A model generated the notes under the pieces. That model searched no databases, had not been told where the DNA came from, and worked only from the letters and a program-made list of their open reading frames with translations. A stretch of DNA of 64,000 nucleotides from Mycobacterium phage prophiT36-1: the sequence record OQ417966.1. One strand, 5' to 3'. Made by a program: the position numbers and the translations under genes. Of this stretch, positions 46,653 to 57,278 are shown piece by piece (position 1 is the stretch's first letter; each line of letters begins with the position of its first letter).

Positions 46653-47177
46653 TTGATGGGTTTGCCCTGGGCGGCTAGTTTGTTGGGAATGTCAGGTTGG
46701 TGGGGCCGGTGGAGGTCCGCAGGTCGGGCCTCGGTAAGTAGTCAGCACACGGTGGTTGTTGATGCGGTCGAACACGTATTGGCTGGAGTTTCCGTATCAG
46801 ATTGCTCGGTACCTGCGTTGGCGCAGCAGTGGGTGCAGGGCGAGGGGCGGGAGTTGGTGATCGAGGATGTGGTGTTGCCTGCGGGGGTGTTCGGACGTTG
46901 GCTCTCGGTGCCGGGGCAAGACATTGTCCAGGTGGGTGCCGGCGTTGTCGGCCGTGACCGCACGATCGCTCATGAGTTGGGGCACATGGTGTTGGGGCAT
47001 CGGGGCCGCCCAGTTACTGAGTATGTCGAGGGATTGGTGCAGGCCGCTTCTGCGGATCTGATTACGCACATGTTGCAGCGGGCGTGCACAGAGGAGCCGG
47101 GGCAGCAAGAGGCGGCCGGATGGCGGCAGGACGAGTTGGCGGAGCATGCGACGACGCTAGCGCGCCTAATCGATTGA
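46653..47177 (+). CDS. ImmA/IrrE-family HEXXH metallopeptidase domain ORF; the N-terminal part of the ORF looks non-coding, so it may be a fragment or pseudogene.
   Basis: GRDRTIAHELGHMVLGH matches the ImmA/IrrE R-x-R-x-T-x-A-H-E-L-G-H zinc-binding box. The first ~40 residues of the ORF are Trp/Gly/Arg-rich junk-like. Confidence 0.4.
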   Translation: MMGLPWAASLLGMSGWWGRWRSAGRASVSSQHTVVVDAVEHVLAGVSVSDCSVPALAQQWVQGEGRELVIEDVVLPAGVFGRWLSVPGQDIVQVGAGVVGRDRTIAHELGHMVLGHRGRPVTEYVEGLVQAASADLITHMLQRACTEEPGQQEAAGWRQDELAEHATTLARLID

Positions 47178-47284
47178 AACCGACGAAGGTCATCCTGAAC
47201 TCCGTTAGCGTCGAAGGTTGTCCGACAGGTGGTTTCGCGCATCCGCTACGCCGGTTCACCATTTGTACGGAGATGCAGAAGTAG
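47160..47284 (+). pseudogene. Diverged 3' remnant (last ~40 codons) of a paralogue of the lipoprotein gene at 45756-46322.
   Basis: The translation PNRLKPTKVILNSVSVEGCPTGGFAHPLRRFTICTEMQK aligns with PRKIKPTKIVLDSTTLDSCPDGGYPHPVRKFTVCTETQD, including both Cys and the stop position. No upstream remainder of the gene is present. Confidence 0.45.
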
Positions 47285-47544
47285 ACGCATGCGGCCGACA
47301 GCCGGGAGGTTTGGCCGGGATCGAGTACCGCACCTCGAGTGCATGTCTGACGGACGTGGGATCCAGGTGACAATGGCATTCGAGGCCACAGTGGAGCGGT
47401 AGACGGTCACGAGCTTTTTCGGGGTTGGCCGAGGGGGCTCCATGATCGCTGCACGGATTCCGTCTCAACATGTCTGTAGAGACAGCTTGACGTCCGTACA
47501 TAACGCGGGGGGTTATGTTCTGTTGAGACGTTTGTCTTGGAGGT

Positions 47545-48939
47545 ATGTCGATGAGCGATCGAGCGTATCGGGTTGTTTACGGAGCTTACGCTGGGCTTGA
47601 CGCAGCCGAGGTGCAGTTTCCCGGTGTGACCCGATGCCTTCCATCTGTGGAGCAGCAGTTCGGGGATGGGTTTCCTGTGCTTGTTGATGCCGATGGTTTG
47701 CCGGTGGAGGAATCGTTGGCGTTTCTAGTATCGCGGGTAGGGGCATCGACCTCAACATTGGCGCAGTACGCACGCGCTTTGATGGGGTTTGTCGAATTCC
47801 TGGGCTACCGGGGGGACGCCCGGCTTTTAGATGCGGCGCCCCGTGACTTGACGGCGTACCGGTTGTACCGAACGAGGACGGGGGAATCTCCTGTCTCGGA
47901 ATACTCGTTCCGGGTGGAAGCCTCGGCACTGCGACAGTTCTATGCGTGGGCAGTTGAGACTGGCCTCCTGGAGCGCTCTCCTGTCAAGCAGTTGTCACGC
48001 AATGGCTGGGACAACCTTTCTACCAACAGAATGCGTCATTCTAAGATTCGTCATGTAGATAAGTTTCTGTACGAAGCACTGCTGCGAGCGGCTGCTCAGG
48101 GCAGCGTGGATGCGGGCGTTCGGAGTGCTTCGCTACGGAATGTGGCTGCAATCAAGACATTTGCAACGACTGGGCTTCGCCTTGGTGAGCTTGCGAGCCT
48201 TCTGACCTTCGATATTGATCATGCTGTCAGATTGCGCCGGGCGCTATCTGTGGAGATGGAGTCGATCACAAAGTACCGAGTCAACCGCAATGCGTTGATT
48301 CCGTTCTATGCCACAGACGCGATCCGGCGGTATCGAAAACTTGAGCGCCCTAACGTGGTGGTTCGGCATCAGCGCGCGTTGGGCAAACGTCTGGACAGTC
48401 TTTTTGTGATCAGCGATTTCAATGAATCCACTCGCCGTGTCTCCGGCCGGTGGCGAGGTCGACGGCACCAGTATCTGCTGCATTTGGTGCCTGTTGAGCT
48501 GCGGTTGAAGGCTGTTTCAGTTAATTCAAATGGCAGCGTGGAGCCGCTGTGTTTGTTCTTGAGCGATAGCCGAGGGCAAGGGATGACGAGGTCTGGGTGG
48601 GAAGGAGTGTTCTCCGAGGTCAGTGATCAGATGATGCGCCAGGATCCGACGGATGGGCGGATCCGGAAGGTCACCCCGCATGATCTGCGGCATACGTTCG
48701 CTATCAATTATTTGAGGGCGGCCCATGGGGAACGGGCCAAAGTGCTCCAGGAGACACCGTTCAAGGATGGGCCGCCGCTGCGTGATCCGTTGATCGATCT
48801 TCAAGAGCTGTTGGGACATGCGACCGCAGCACAAACGATGCGTTACTTGAGGTATGTCGAGGACATCGACCGACTCATTGCGTCGGCTGTTCCCGGCCAG
48901 GGTGATGCGGGAGGGGGCGAGCATGCCCCGCAGAAATGA
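47545..48939 (+). CDS. Tyrosine recombinase, trio member 1 (copy 2).
   Basis: Translation identical to 24777-26171. Confidence 0.75.
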   Translation: MSMSDRAYRVVYGAYAGLDAAEVQFPGVTRCLPSVEQQFGDGFPVLVDADGLPVEESLAFLVSRVGASTSTLAQYARALMGFVEFLGYRGDARLLDAAPRDLTAYRLYRTRTGESPVSEYSFRVEASALRQFYAWAVETGLLERSPVKQLSRNGWDNLSTNRMRHSKIRHVDKFLYEALLRAAAQGSVDAGVRSASLRNVAAIKTFATTGLRLGELASLLTFDIDHAVRLRRALSVEMESITKYRVNRNALIPFYATDAIRRYRKLERPNVVVRHQRALGKRLDSLFVISDFNESTRRVSGRWRGRRHQYLLHLVPVELRLKAVSVNSNGSVEPLCLFLSDSRGQGMTRSGWEGVFSEVSDQMMRQDPTDGRIRKVTPHDLRHTFAINYLRAAHGERAKVLQETPFKDGPPLRDPLIDLQELLGHATAAQTMRYLRYVEDIDRLIASAVPGQGDAGGGEHAPQK

Positions 48940-50827
48940 ACGCAAGGACCTCGACCGTGAGGGTGTTGACGTTGCGCGAGGCGCCGCCGAATCTCGGCCA
49001 GCTGCGGTGGGAGTTCGCAGGCTCGCTCAACCGGGCAGGCCCGGCATGCAGGGGACCGCACAGATAGATCCCAGCTCATACCAATGCCGCCGTCTGGCGG
49101 CCCAGCTGGCCGACCAGTGGGTTGAGATGGCGGCTGGGCGTTCGCGCTCGGTGATCGCCGTTCACCGTCAGGCGCTTGATAATTTCCTGAAATATGTTGA
49201 TAAGTTGCATGATTCAGATGTGAGCCTGGATCATGATCCCGCGGTAGTAATGGCGGTGTTTGATGCATGGGCCAAGGATCTGATTGCACTGTATGACGAA
49301 AATTCGATCATGCCGTACCGGATGTCGAACATCGTCCAGACACAGATGGCTGGTGCTGTTGTCGATGGGGTGATCACCGACGAGGTGTTGGCAGCATATG
49401 CGCGTGGGCCCGCGGTAGTCCCGAAACCGCGAGCACAACCGCTCGACGAGTTCAGTAAAGACGAACTCAAGCGCATGGTGCTGGCTGCGCGCGCACATAT
49501 ACGAGCAGCTCGAAAGATCAGGGAATGGGCCACGAAAACTATCCGTGCGTACGAATCTGGGAAATTGACCCACGCGGATCAACGCTGTCTGGGCCACATG
49601 CTGCAGATGGCTACCCGAGGCGAGCGCATCGCCATACAACAGCCGTGGGATGCACATCCGGAGTCGCTGCGCGATCTCTTCCCCGACGAGGCCTGGTCGC
49701 TTTATCAGGCAACAGGCCTGAACGAGACGAAGAATTCAGTTGCCTTGTCCTGCTACCGCGCGACCCTCGCCCGGCCAATCGACCTGGTTCCTTATCGGGT
49801 ATTGCTTATGGCAGGCACAGGCGTTGCAGTGGAAGAGATCTCGGCATTGACTGTGTCAGATATCGAATGGCTCGAAGATGGCGTCAGAGTGCAGATGACC
49901 AAATCGCGAGCCCGGCGGTCAAAAGGACGGTACTTCCCAGGATCCGCTGAGCGCGGTGGCTGGGATGTTCCCGCGCTTTTGCAGTCGCTGCTGGATTTCA
50001 CTGAACCGGTCCGCGCGATCGCAGGTGCACAGTTCCAGGACTGCCTGTGGCTATCGTTCAAGACAAAAAGACAGTCCCACAGTGAATCTGGTTGCGCCCC
50101 GGCTCCCGCAGACTTCGGAACCGCCAACTTGGCATCCTGGATCGATTCGGTCAAGACAGTCCACGACATGGGCGATATTTCCACCCCACATGACATGCGG
50201 CGGATACGTAAGACAAAGGTCGCCCAGCGTGCAATTGATCTGCGTGGCGCAATGGCCGACATCGCTGGCGATGACCACACCAGCAGAGTCTTCTTCCAGC
50301 ATTACGGACAGACAACATCGCTGAAAGTGTATTCAGGATCGGTAATTTCGGGCTTCCAAACCTCACTCGCTGAGGCAGTAAAGACAGGCTTCACTGCCTT
50401 CCTGGACAGACGTGCTGCGGTACCGGCGTCGATCTTGACCGAGGCGCTGCCCATCGAGCCCGCTCAGGCACACAGTCTGCGCTCCGGTGCTCACGACATG
50501 GGAGTTGTCGACTGCCAGAACCCGTTTAACTCGCCCTTTACCAAACAAGGCAAGTTATGTGGGTCCGCGCCCTTATCATGTCTGATGTGCGAGAACGCGG
50601 TTGTCTTCACCGACCATCTCCCCAACATCGTGGCGCTTATACAAGCAATGGACAACGCGAAGCGGTCACTGGCACCCGATGACTGGATTGCCACCTGGGG
50701 GCGGCAATACGCTGCGGCGCAGGCATTGATGTCATCGGTGCCCGAACGAGCTCGCGCCGCCGCGGCGCGCAAGGCCGCTGCCGCGGTAACAGATCTGCCG
50801 GCCTGGTTGGGGCCGGGTAACCAGTGA
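48923..50827 (+). CDS. Tyrosine recombinase, trio member 2 (copy 2).
   Basis: Translation identical to 26155-28059. Confidence 0.7.
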   Translation: MPRRNERKDLDREGVDVARGAAESRPAAVGVRRLAQPGRPGMQGTAQIDPSSYQCRRLAAQLADQWVEMAAGRSRSVIAVHRQALDNFLKYVDKLHDSDVSLDHDPAVVMAVFDAWAKDLIALYDENSIMPYRMSNIVQTQMAGAVVDGVITDEVLAAYARGPAVVPKPRAQPLDEFSKDELKRMVLAARAHIRAARKIREWATKTIRAYESGKLTHADQRCLGHMLQMATRGERIAIQQPWDAHPESLRDLFPDEAWSLYQATGLNETKNSVALSCYRATLARPIDLVPYRVLLMAGTGVAVEEISALTVSDIEWLEDGVRVQMTKSRARRSKGRYFPGSAERGGWDVPALLQSLLDFTEPVRAIAGAQFQDCLWLSFKTKRQSHSESGCAPAPADFGTANLASWIDSVKTVHDMGDISTPHDMRRIRKTKVAQRAIDLRGAMADIAGDDHTSRVFFQHYGQTTSLKVYSGSVISGFQTSLAEAVKTGFTAFLDRRAAVPASILTEALPIEPAQAHSLRSGAHDMGVVDCQNPFNSPFTKQGKLCGSAPLSCLMCENAVVFTDHLPNIVALIQAMDNAKRSLAPDDWIATWGRQYAAAQALMSSVPERARAAAARKAAAAVTDLPAWLGPGNQ

Positions 50828-53310
50828 AGACAGCACAGCTCGGTTCCCCAGGGCCAGTCGCGGCACCGGTTTCGTCCGACATCTTCGCCGACACCGAAGA
50901 TGTATTCCTGTCCCGCCCGGACAGGATCGCTGGCGCCCCCGCATGCCTGTTTAGCGAGCAGGTATGGGATGCGACGGGTGTGCTGCCTCGGCGCGCTAAC
51001 ATCGGCCGCCATCAATTGCGCATAATCTTTCCGCAGCATCCGGCGTGGTCGCTGCGGTCTCGTGAGATTGCGATGACCTTGCTTAACAGCACCGACCCAC
51101 GGTTGCTCGCACGATCGGTCTCCTTCGGCAGCCGTACGTTCTCCCTGGCGCATGTGCGATCGCGCTGCGAGACATACAAAACCGTGGCGGCGTGGCAGAC
51201 AGCTCAAGGCTTACCTGACGACATTTCGGCCTGGGGCGCCCGCGACTGGGTAGCGATGGTCGAAGCCGAAATCGCCAGGGGCGTCAAAAACGGGACCGTG
51301 CGCAATCTCATCTGCGCTATCCGCGACCTTGTCTTCCTTGGGCCCATCTTGACTGGCGGCGGCATCGCATCAGACCCATGGAACGGCAAGGCAACGAAAC
51401 TCATCGCCAAAGGCGCCGTGGCAGGACGAACTGAAGTAATCGCCCCGGCACGTTGGATACCGCTGATAGGTGCGTGCTGGACATACATCGACACCTTCGC
51501 CGAAGACATCCTGAGTCTGCGTGTGAGCCATCAGTGTGACCTGCGCCCCGGCATGCCGGAATGGAGGCGCCGCTCGGAAGTAAGCGATGACGAGCTGCTC
51601 ACCGCATACCTGGAGTCCTCCGGTGCCGTTATTCCCGCTAAGACTCGTGACGGTGGCCCGGACCCGAGCTGGTGGCGCCTATCCAAATTGGTAACCGCCG
51701 ACCGGTCTTCGGCAATCTTCAAAGAAGACAGGGCAGCGGGGCGCCGCCGCAGAGAGATGGTGTATCAGGCGCTCGCCAACAACGTGGCCCGTTATGTAGC
51801 CCTCACTGCCAGTGAATTCGAAAATCTTTTGGCACAAGGGATTTCCAAGAAACTCGCGGGCAGCGATGCCGAGACCATAGTACGGATCCAGGGCGCCGAC
51901 GAGATGCTCGATGCGTGGATTGACGCTGCCAGCAACCGAGTCGCAGTCACGTCCACAGAACTATGCAGCTCGCCGGGAAAGATCGCTGAAGACGACATCA
52001 ATTGGGCATTGATGGAACGGATCGTGTTCCGTTCAGAAGGCGTGACTGGCCTGCTCGGGAAGGGCTGGGCAACCTCTGTCCGCCGCAGGCGCAAACTACT
52101 TAAACTCGCCCGCTCAGGCCGAGTTTTCGCATCCGCCAGTGGTGTCGGTGTGATGGGCGTACCGCGCGACTGCACTGGCTTCACCCTAGTCGGCGCACCA
52201 GGCAGGCAGATCCCTTGGCGGGAATCAATGTCGGACTATGAGGCGCGGTGCGAACTGCGCGCCTTGCGGGCATCCTGCTATGTCTTCATCGCCGCGATAA
52301 CAATGATGCGCGACAGTGAGATTCAAGATATGAAGCGAGGCTGTATACGTACCGATTACGGCGTCGCTTCTGTGAAATCACACCTTTACAAGGGGCGTTC
52401 GGGCAAGACGGTCGCACACTGGTGGATCATCGATGAAGTAGCCACAGCAATCAGAGTGCTGGAACGACTCAGCTGTCATCCAGAGTATCTGTTCGCACGA
52501 TTCGTCGACGGAGAACTCGAGAATCCTGAACCCGGTATCAGGTCAGGACTCGAGATTGCGTTTCTGCTCGATCATTTGGCGGCCACCGGCGCCCGAAGCG
52601 GGATCGCACCGGTGCCCGAGGGGCCCGTGATTTCCGCGCGAGCTCTGCGCCGTACCACTGCATCCATCAGCCGCGAACTGGGAGGCAACGAGCTTGCGGT
52701 AAGTCATCAACTCAAACACGCCATCAACTACGGCTACTCGAACGTTACCAGCGCCTATATGGCACCAGACCCGGCATGGGCAGACCTGCTCAACACCAAC
52801 AGGTCCGAGGACAACCTTGAGCACATGGTGACCGTCGTGCAGCAGTCCGCGCGCACCAGCGCCTCCTTGGCCGGTCGCGGCGGTGAGCGGCTGACCCAAC
52901 AGATTGCCCAAGCGGTCGAACAGAGCGCAGGCCCTGGATACCCCGGTTCGGTGCTCTCCGATGAGGAGCTAGCCATCCTGCTGAGAAAAATCGCGCCGCA
53001 GATCCGTTTCGGACCTGCCAACGCGTGTCTGTACGACGAAGAGAACGCGCTATGTCGGCGCGATGCCACCACCGAAATCCAGGGGCCGCTTCTGGGACTG
53101 TGTCAACCGTCGCGCTGCGCAAACTCGGTGATCGGTACCGAACACATGCCTGTGTGGGTCACCGAGTTGCAGACATTGCAGAAGACCATCGCCAGCCCCC
53201 GCGTGAGTCCGCCTCGACGACAGGCACTTTCAGAACGAATCACCGACGTACAGCACGTACTGAGCCAGCTCCAAACACGACCGCAAGCGGGCGACCATGG
53301 GCAGCCGTGA
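50824..53310 (+). CDS. Tyrosine recombinase-like protein, trio member 3 (copy 2).
   Basis: Translation identical to 28056-30542. Confidence 0.6.
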   Translation: MKTAQLGSPGPVAAPVSSDIFADTEDVFLSRPDRIAGAPACLFSEQVWDATGVLPRRANIGRHQLRIIFPQHPAWSLRSREIAMTLLNSTDPRLLARSVSFGSRTFSLAHVRSRCETYKTVAAWQTAQGLPDDISAWGARDWVAMVEAEIARGVKNGTVRNLICAIRDLVFLGPILTGGGIASDPWNGKATKLIAKGAVAGRTEVIAPARWIPLIGACWTYIDTFAEDILSLRVSHQCDLRPGMPEWRRRSEVSDDELLTAYLESSGAVIPAKTRDGGPDPSWWRLSKLVTADRSSAIFKEDRAAGRRRREMVYQALANNVARYVALTASEFENLLAQGISKKLAGSDAETIVRIQGADEMLDAWIDAASNRVAVTSTELCSSPGKIAEDDINWALMERIVFRSEGVTGLLGKGWATSVRRRRKLLKLARSGRVFASASGVGVMGVPRDCTGFTLVGAPGRQIPWRESMSDYEARCELRALRASCYVFIAAITMMRDSEIQDMKRGCIRTDYGVASVKSHLYKGRSGKTVAHWWIIDEVATAIRVLERLSCHPEYLFARFVDGELENPEPGIRSGLEIAFLLDHLAATGARSGIAPVPEGPVISARALRRTTASISRELGGNELAVSHQLKHAINYGYSNVTSAYMAPDPAWADLLNTNRSEDNLEHMVTVVQQSARTSASLAGRGGERLTQQIAQAVEQSAGPGYPGSVLSDEELAILLRKIAPQIRFGPANACLYDEENALCRRDATTEIQGPLLGLCQPSRCANSVIGTEHMPVWVTELQTLQKTIASPRVSPPRRQALSERITDVQHVLSQLQTRPQAGDHGQP

Positions 53311-53695
53311 GGAAATCCGTGCCGCGATGGAACGCCTCCTAAACGGCGACGCCCAGCACACCGACGGACGCCTAACCAAAACCAACCTTGCGGTAGAAGC
53401 CGGCGTGGGTCGGGCGACCCTCTACCGCCAGCACGACCTGATGGCCGAATGGGCGCGCCGCGTCACCGAATCAGACATCGCCCCACCCGCCGCGTCTGCC
53501 GCGGCCACGATCGCACACCTGACCCGACAGCTGGCCGACGAACGCTCCCGCCGCCGCGAATCCGACCGCATCGCCAACGGCCTGGCCTTCGTGGTAGCCG
53601 AGCTCTACCGCGCGCTAGAGGCTCGGACTCCCCCAAATTCTTCACGCGGCACGATCATCCCGATAAACGCCAAAACGCGAAGGCGCGCAGACTAG
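53297..53695 (+). CDS. TetR-like small HTH protein (copy 2).
   Basis: Translation identical to 30529-30927. Confidence 0.5.
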   Translation: MGSREEIRAAMERLLNGDAQHTDGRLTKTNLAVEAGVGRATLYRQHDLMAEWARRVTESDIAPPAASAAATIAHLTRQLADERSRRRESDRIANGLAFVVAELYRALEARTPPNSSRGTIIPINAKTRRRAD

Positions 53696-53756
53696 CCTGA
53701 GCCCATTTCACATACGAGCGAATGAGTTCATTGCTGATCGAAGCAGTACGGGATTC

Positions 53757-56700
53757 GTGCGTGGGAGCGGTGCCCGCCATGAATGGACAGCGCCGGCATC
53801 TGATCGGGACCGTTCGAGCGCGACTTACGTGGGGAGAGGTTACGTGGCCGACAGCCAGGCACTTCGGAAAGTTCGGTATGCAGACAAGTTCCGGGGCTAT
53901 CAGGGCCAGGCTATTGCTATGGCCCGGAAGTATCGGCGCAGCTTCCACGACGAGGACGGCGCGCAGGGGCTTGATGCCGCATTGGTTTACCACCCCACGG
54001 GTACGGGCAAGACAGCCGTCATTGCCGGTCTAACGCACGCGGCACACGAAATCGGCAATGTCCTGGTGCTGACCACACGCGAAGTCATACGTGATCAACT
54101 GGTGCGCGAGCTCAGCGGTGGCCTCTTCATTGACGAGAACAAGTTCGCGCTGCCCATGCGCCACAAACTTTCTAAGGTCTGCTTCGCGGTGGCCGAGTCC
54201 CGCCAATTACTCGGCACAGCATTAGCGTTGCATGCGGCGACGCGAAAACGCATCCCCGACCAGGTGGTCCGGGAGTTCAGTCAGCGGCAGTTCGAGCGGC
54301 TTGCACCCGAGCCCGACATCGACATCGTGAGCCACTTGCATGAACAGAACTCTGTTCTCATTCTCACCGTCCAAATGCTGGCCCGCTTGCACCGAGGCCG
54401 CACCGGGCAGTCACCGATATACGACGTCTTGCGTCAACACGTAGACCTGGTCGTCTTCGACGAAGGACACTACGAACCTGCACCGCGCTACAGCGAGGCA
54501 GTGCGGGATCTAGGGCGCCCTACTGTGCTGTTGACCGCTACCCCTTTCCGTAACGACCTGAAAGCTTTTCGCATCACACCCGAGCATGTCGACATTTATC
54601 GATTCACCCAGGCGGTGCAGCAGCAGCACATCAGAGAAGTCCAGATCGTGCAGCGCACACCGACACGTGACCCGGACAAGTTCTGCGCCGATGTTCTCGA
54701 TTTCTGCACATCGGTGTGGGGACCCGATCCAGGGCAGTGGACCCGCCGGATCATTATTCGCTGCGACGATGTCGAGTGCGTAACACGCCTTGGCGAAGCA
54801 TTCATAGCCCATGGCTTCAAGGACCGAGTCATCGGCATCCATGACCGCTACACCAACCCTGGGCAAGGCGACGGGCAGCCATGGCAATACCGCACAGTCC
54901 CAGCGCCGTCGGAAACCCAAGCACTAGTATGGATTCACCAGCATAAACTGCTAGAGGGCGTCGATGATCATCGCTTCCAGATTCTGGCTTTCTTCAACCC
55001 ACCGACCAATGTGCGCGCCATTGTCCAACAAATCGGCCGAGTCGTAAGGACCAAGCCTGGTGGCCAAGACGCAGGCAACGCATACGTTTTGGACTATTTC
55101 GCCGGGCGCATCGCTAGATACTGGAGTCTATATCGCGGGTATGACGCTGCAGCCACGCCCGAGGCAGTCACTATGACCGCATCACGGTTCTACCTCACGA
55201 GATTCACCGCTGCACTGCCGCAGTTCGATTACATCGACCAAAAGTTTCGCCAGCGGCTCGATCTGTTCGACCACGACCAGCAAGCCCAGCTCACTGACAC
55301 CATCGCCGACGAGATCTTCTTCAAGCGCACTGTGGCACTTAGACAGATACCAAACACCCTGACGATCCAGGACGTTGTCCCGCTTCTCGAGATCGCCCTT
55401 AAGGAAGGCGATTACGAGTACCAGCGATTCGATGTGTCGAAGATATGCCCCAATACCGCTCTATTCCTGTGTTCCCGGGTGAACAATGTCGACTTTCTCA
55501 ACACTTACTTCTTCCCCGAGCCGCACCTAGAAGCCCGGCTCGTGATGCTCTTCCCAGAACACGCACTGCTGGCCTCGACAAGTACAGCAGGCGCATCGGT
55601 CAAAGATGGACTAGGGATTCTTGCGCGGTACGATCCGACCCGACTTGAGCGACTCCTATTGCCGGGCAACGATAACCGGGGACGCATCACCAGCGTTTCC
55701 TCTAAGAACATGAACCTCAGTAGCCGGGCAGTGCGCGGTCGGGTCGTCTACGCAGCATCCATGGCTGACATCCCGGCAGCCCTCGATGAGCACGGCCATG
55801 TCGTCTCCACGGTCACCGGCTACAACGGCTCGGCTCCACAGGTCATAGACCACCTCGAATACCAAGTAAGTGTGTTGGCCGATGAACTTGCCAGATCAGG
55901 GGCGACCACCGAAGGGCCTGGCACTGGTGCAACCCTTGTGCGCCGTTACGTGGGCATCGCAAGCGGTCACGTGACTGAGTACCTTCCACCACTGCGCATC
56001 AAGGCATTCCGTACTTGGGTGCAATCACTGGCGAACCAGATGGATGACCCCGCACGCTATGACCGAGTCTTTAGTCGCTACGCCGAGCTCGCGGTAGGCG
56101 AGACGGTCTCGGGCGCAGCCCAGAACCTGCTATTGGACTTCACCGAGCTCACCGAGCTCTACCGGCACCGCCTCACCGGCCAATGCGTTATCAGCGATGA
56201 TGTGTGCGCCGACAGATTAGGCGATCCATACGGTACACCCGAACAGCCTGCGGCACAGTTCATCATGACGATAAATGACACCCCATACACAATAGCCGCC
56301 ACCTTCAACACCTCGTCCAAGCGGTACCGCATCGAGTGCCCGGCGCTCGACTATGACTTCATCCCGATCGATGACCGCGACGGCTCGTTGATACGTGCGA
56401 TAAACCAGATGCAGGCTTTCACGGTGGTCCCAGAGGACCGAGATCGCATCTACGCGCACGGGAGCTTCTATGCGCCGTCCCTGAAGTTCGGGCCAGACCG
56501 ATTTAACCCCAACGGTTTCCCTATCGGACACCTGCTTTACCCCTCGCAACAGTTCAAGTCTAAAGAGACAGAAAAAGGGGATAAAGTCATTGGCGGCAAC
56601 CGTTACCAGACACACAGCCTGTTCGGCCTGATCGACAGCTGGAAGTCAGGTTTCGATACCGCAGAACTCGATCTCGACCCTCACTGGGTGCGGCGCAGTG

Positions 56701-57242
56701 GCTATGTCCCTGAATCGCTCTCGTTTTCACCCACTGCGCTCATCGTGGACGACATGGGTTGCGAATGCGCCGATTTTATTATTGCCGACACGCTCGGGCG
56801 GCGGGTTGTGCTGATTCATGGCAAGGCATCCGAGACGTGGCGCCCGTATTCGGCCTCAGCTCTGCAGGAGATCTGTGCGCAGGCTCAAAAGAACACAGCG
56901 CTGTTCTCCTCGCGTGAGCCCCGCATGCCGCCAAACATCACCTTGTGGGACAAGGCACACAACTTCAACAACCTGTCGGTAGCTAAACGAATCCGGAAGC
57001 CGAACAGAGATACGGCGGAGAGGATTTGGCACGACCAACTGGCGCCGCTGTTAGCCAACCCACTCACTTCGCGCGAGATCTGGCTGGTGCTTGGCAACAT
57101 GCTGTCGGCCTCAGAGATCATCGCGCAACTAAAGACTGACCGGCCTGCCGCCGAAGTCCTACAGCTAACGCAACTACTGCACACCACAATGGAAGCCGCA
57201 CGCGGCGTAGCAGCAAATCTGCGAATCTTCTGTTCGCCATAG
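53757..57242 (+). CDS. SF2 helicase with putative C-terminal nuclease region (copy 2).
   Basis: Translation identical to 30989-34474. Confidence 0.65.
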   Translation: MRGSGARHEWTAPASDRDRSSATYVGRGYVADSQALRKVRYADKFRGYQGQAIAMARKYRRSFHDEDGAQGLDAALVYHPTGTGKTAVIAGLTHAAHEIGNVLVLTTREVIRDQLVRELSGGLFIDENKFALPMRHKLSKVCFAVAESRQLLGTALALHAATRKRIPDQVVREFSQRQFERLAPEPDIDIVSHLHEQNSVLILTVQMLARLHRGRTGQSPIYDVLRQHVDLVVFDEGHYEPAPRYSEAVRDLGRPTVLLTATPFRNDLKAFRITPEHVDIYRFTQAVQQQHIREVQIVQRTPTRDPDKFCADVLDFCTSVWGPDPGQWTRRIIIRCDDVECVTRLGEAFIAHGFKDRVIGIHDRYTNPGQGDGQPWQYRTVPAPSETQALVWIHQHKLLEGVDDHRFQILAFFNPPTNVRAIVQQIGRVVRTKPGGQDAGNAYVLDYFAGRIARYWSLYRGYDAAATPEAVTMTASRFYLTRFTAALPQFDYIDQKFRQRLDLFDHDQQAQLTDTIADEIFFKRTVALRQIPNTLTIQDVVPLLEIALKEGDYEYQRFDVSKICPNTALFLCSRVNNVDFLNTYFFPEPHLEARLVMLFPEHALLASTSTAGASVKDGLGILARYDPTRLERLLLPGNDNRGRITSVSSKNMNLSSRAVRGRVVYAASMADIPAALDEHGHVVSTVTGYNGSAPQVIDHLEYQVSVLADELARSGATTEGPGTGATLVRRYVGIASGHVTEYLPPLRIKAFRTWVQSLANQMDDPARYDRVFSRYAELAVGETVSGAAQNLLLDFTELTELYRHRLTGQCVISDDVCADRLGDPYGTPEQPAAQFIMTINDTPYTIAATFNTSSKRYRIECPALDYDFIPIDDRDGSLIRAINQMQAFTVVPEDRDRIYAHGSFYAPSLKFGPDRFNPNGFPIGHLLYPSQQFKSKETEKGDKVIGGNRYQTHSLFGLIDSWKSGFDTAELDLDPHWVRRSGYVPESLSFSPTALIVDDMGCECADFIIADTLGRRVVLIHGKASETWRPYSASALQEICAQAQKNTALFSSREPRMPPNITLWDKAHNFNNLSVAKRIRKPNRDTAERIWHDQLAPLLANPLTSREIWLVLGNMLSASEIIAQLKTDRPAAEVLQLTQLLHTTMEAARGVAANLRIFCSP

Positions 57243-57278
57243 TTGTTGCTACAGAGTATAAATCAAGATCTGCCGGAC

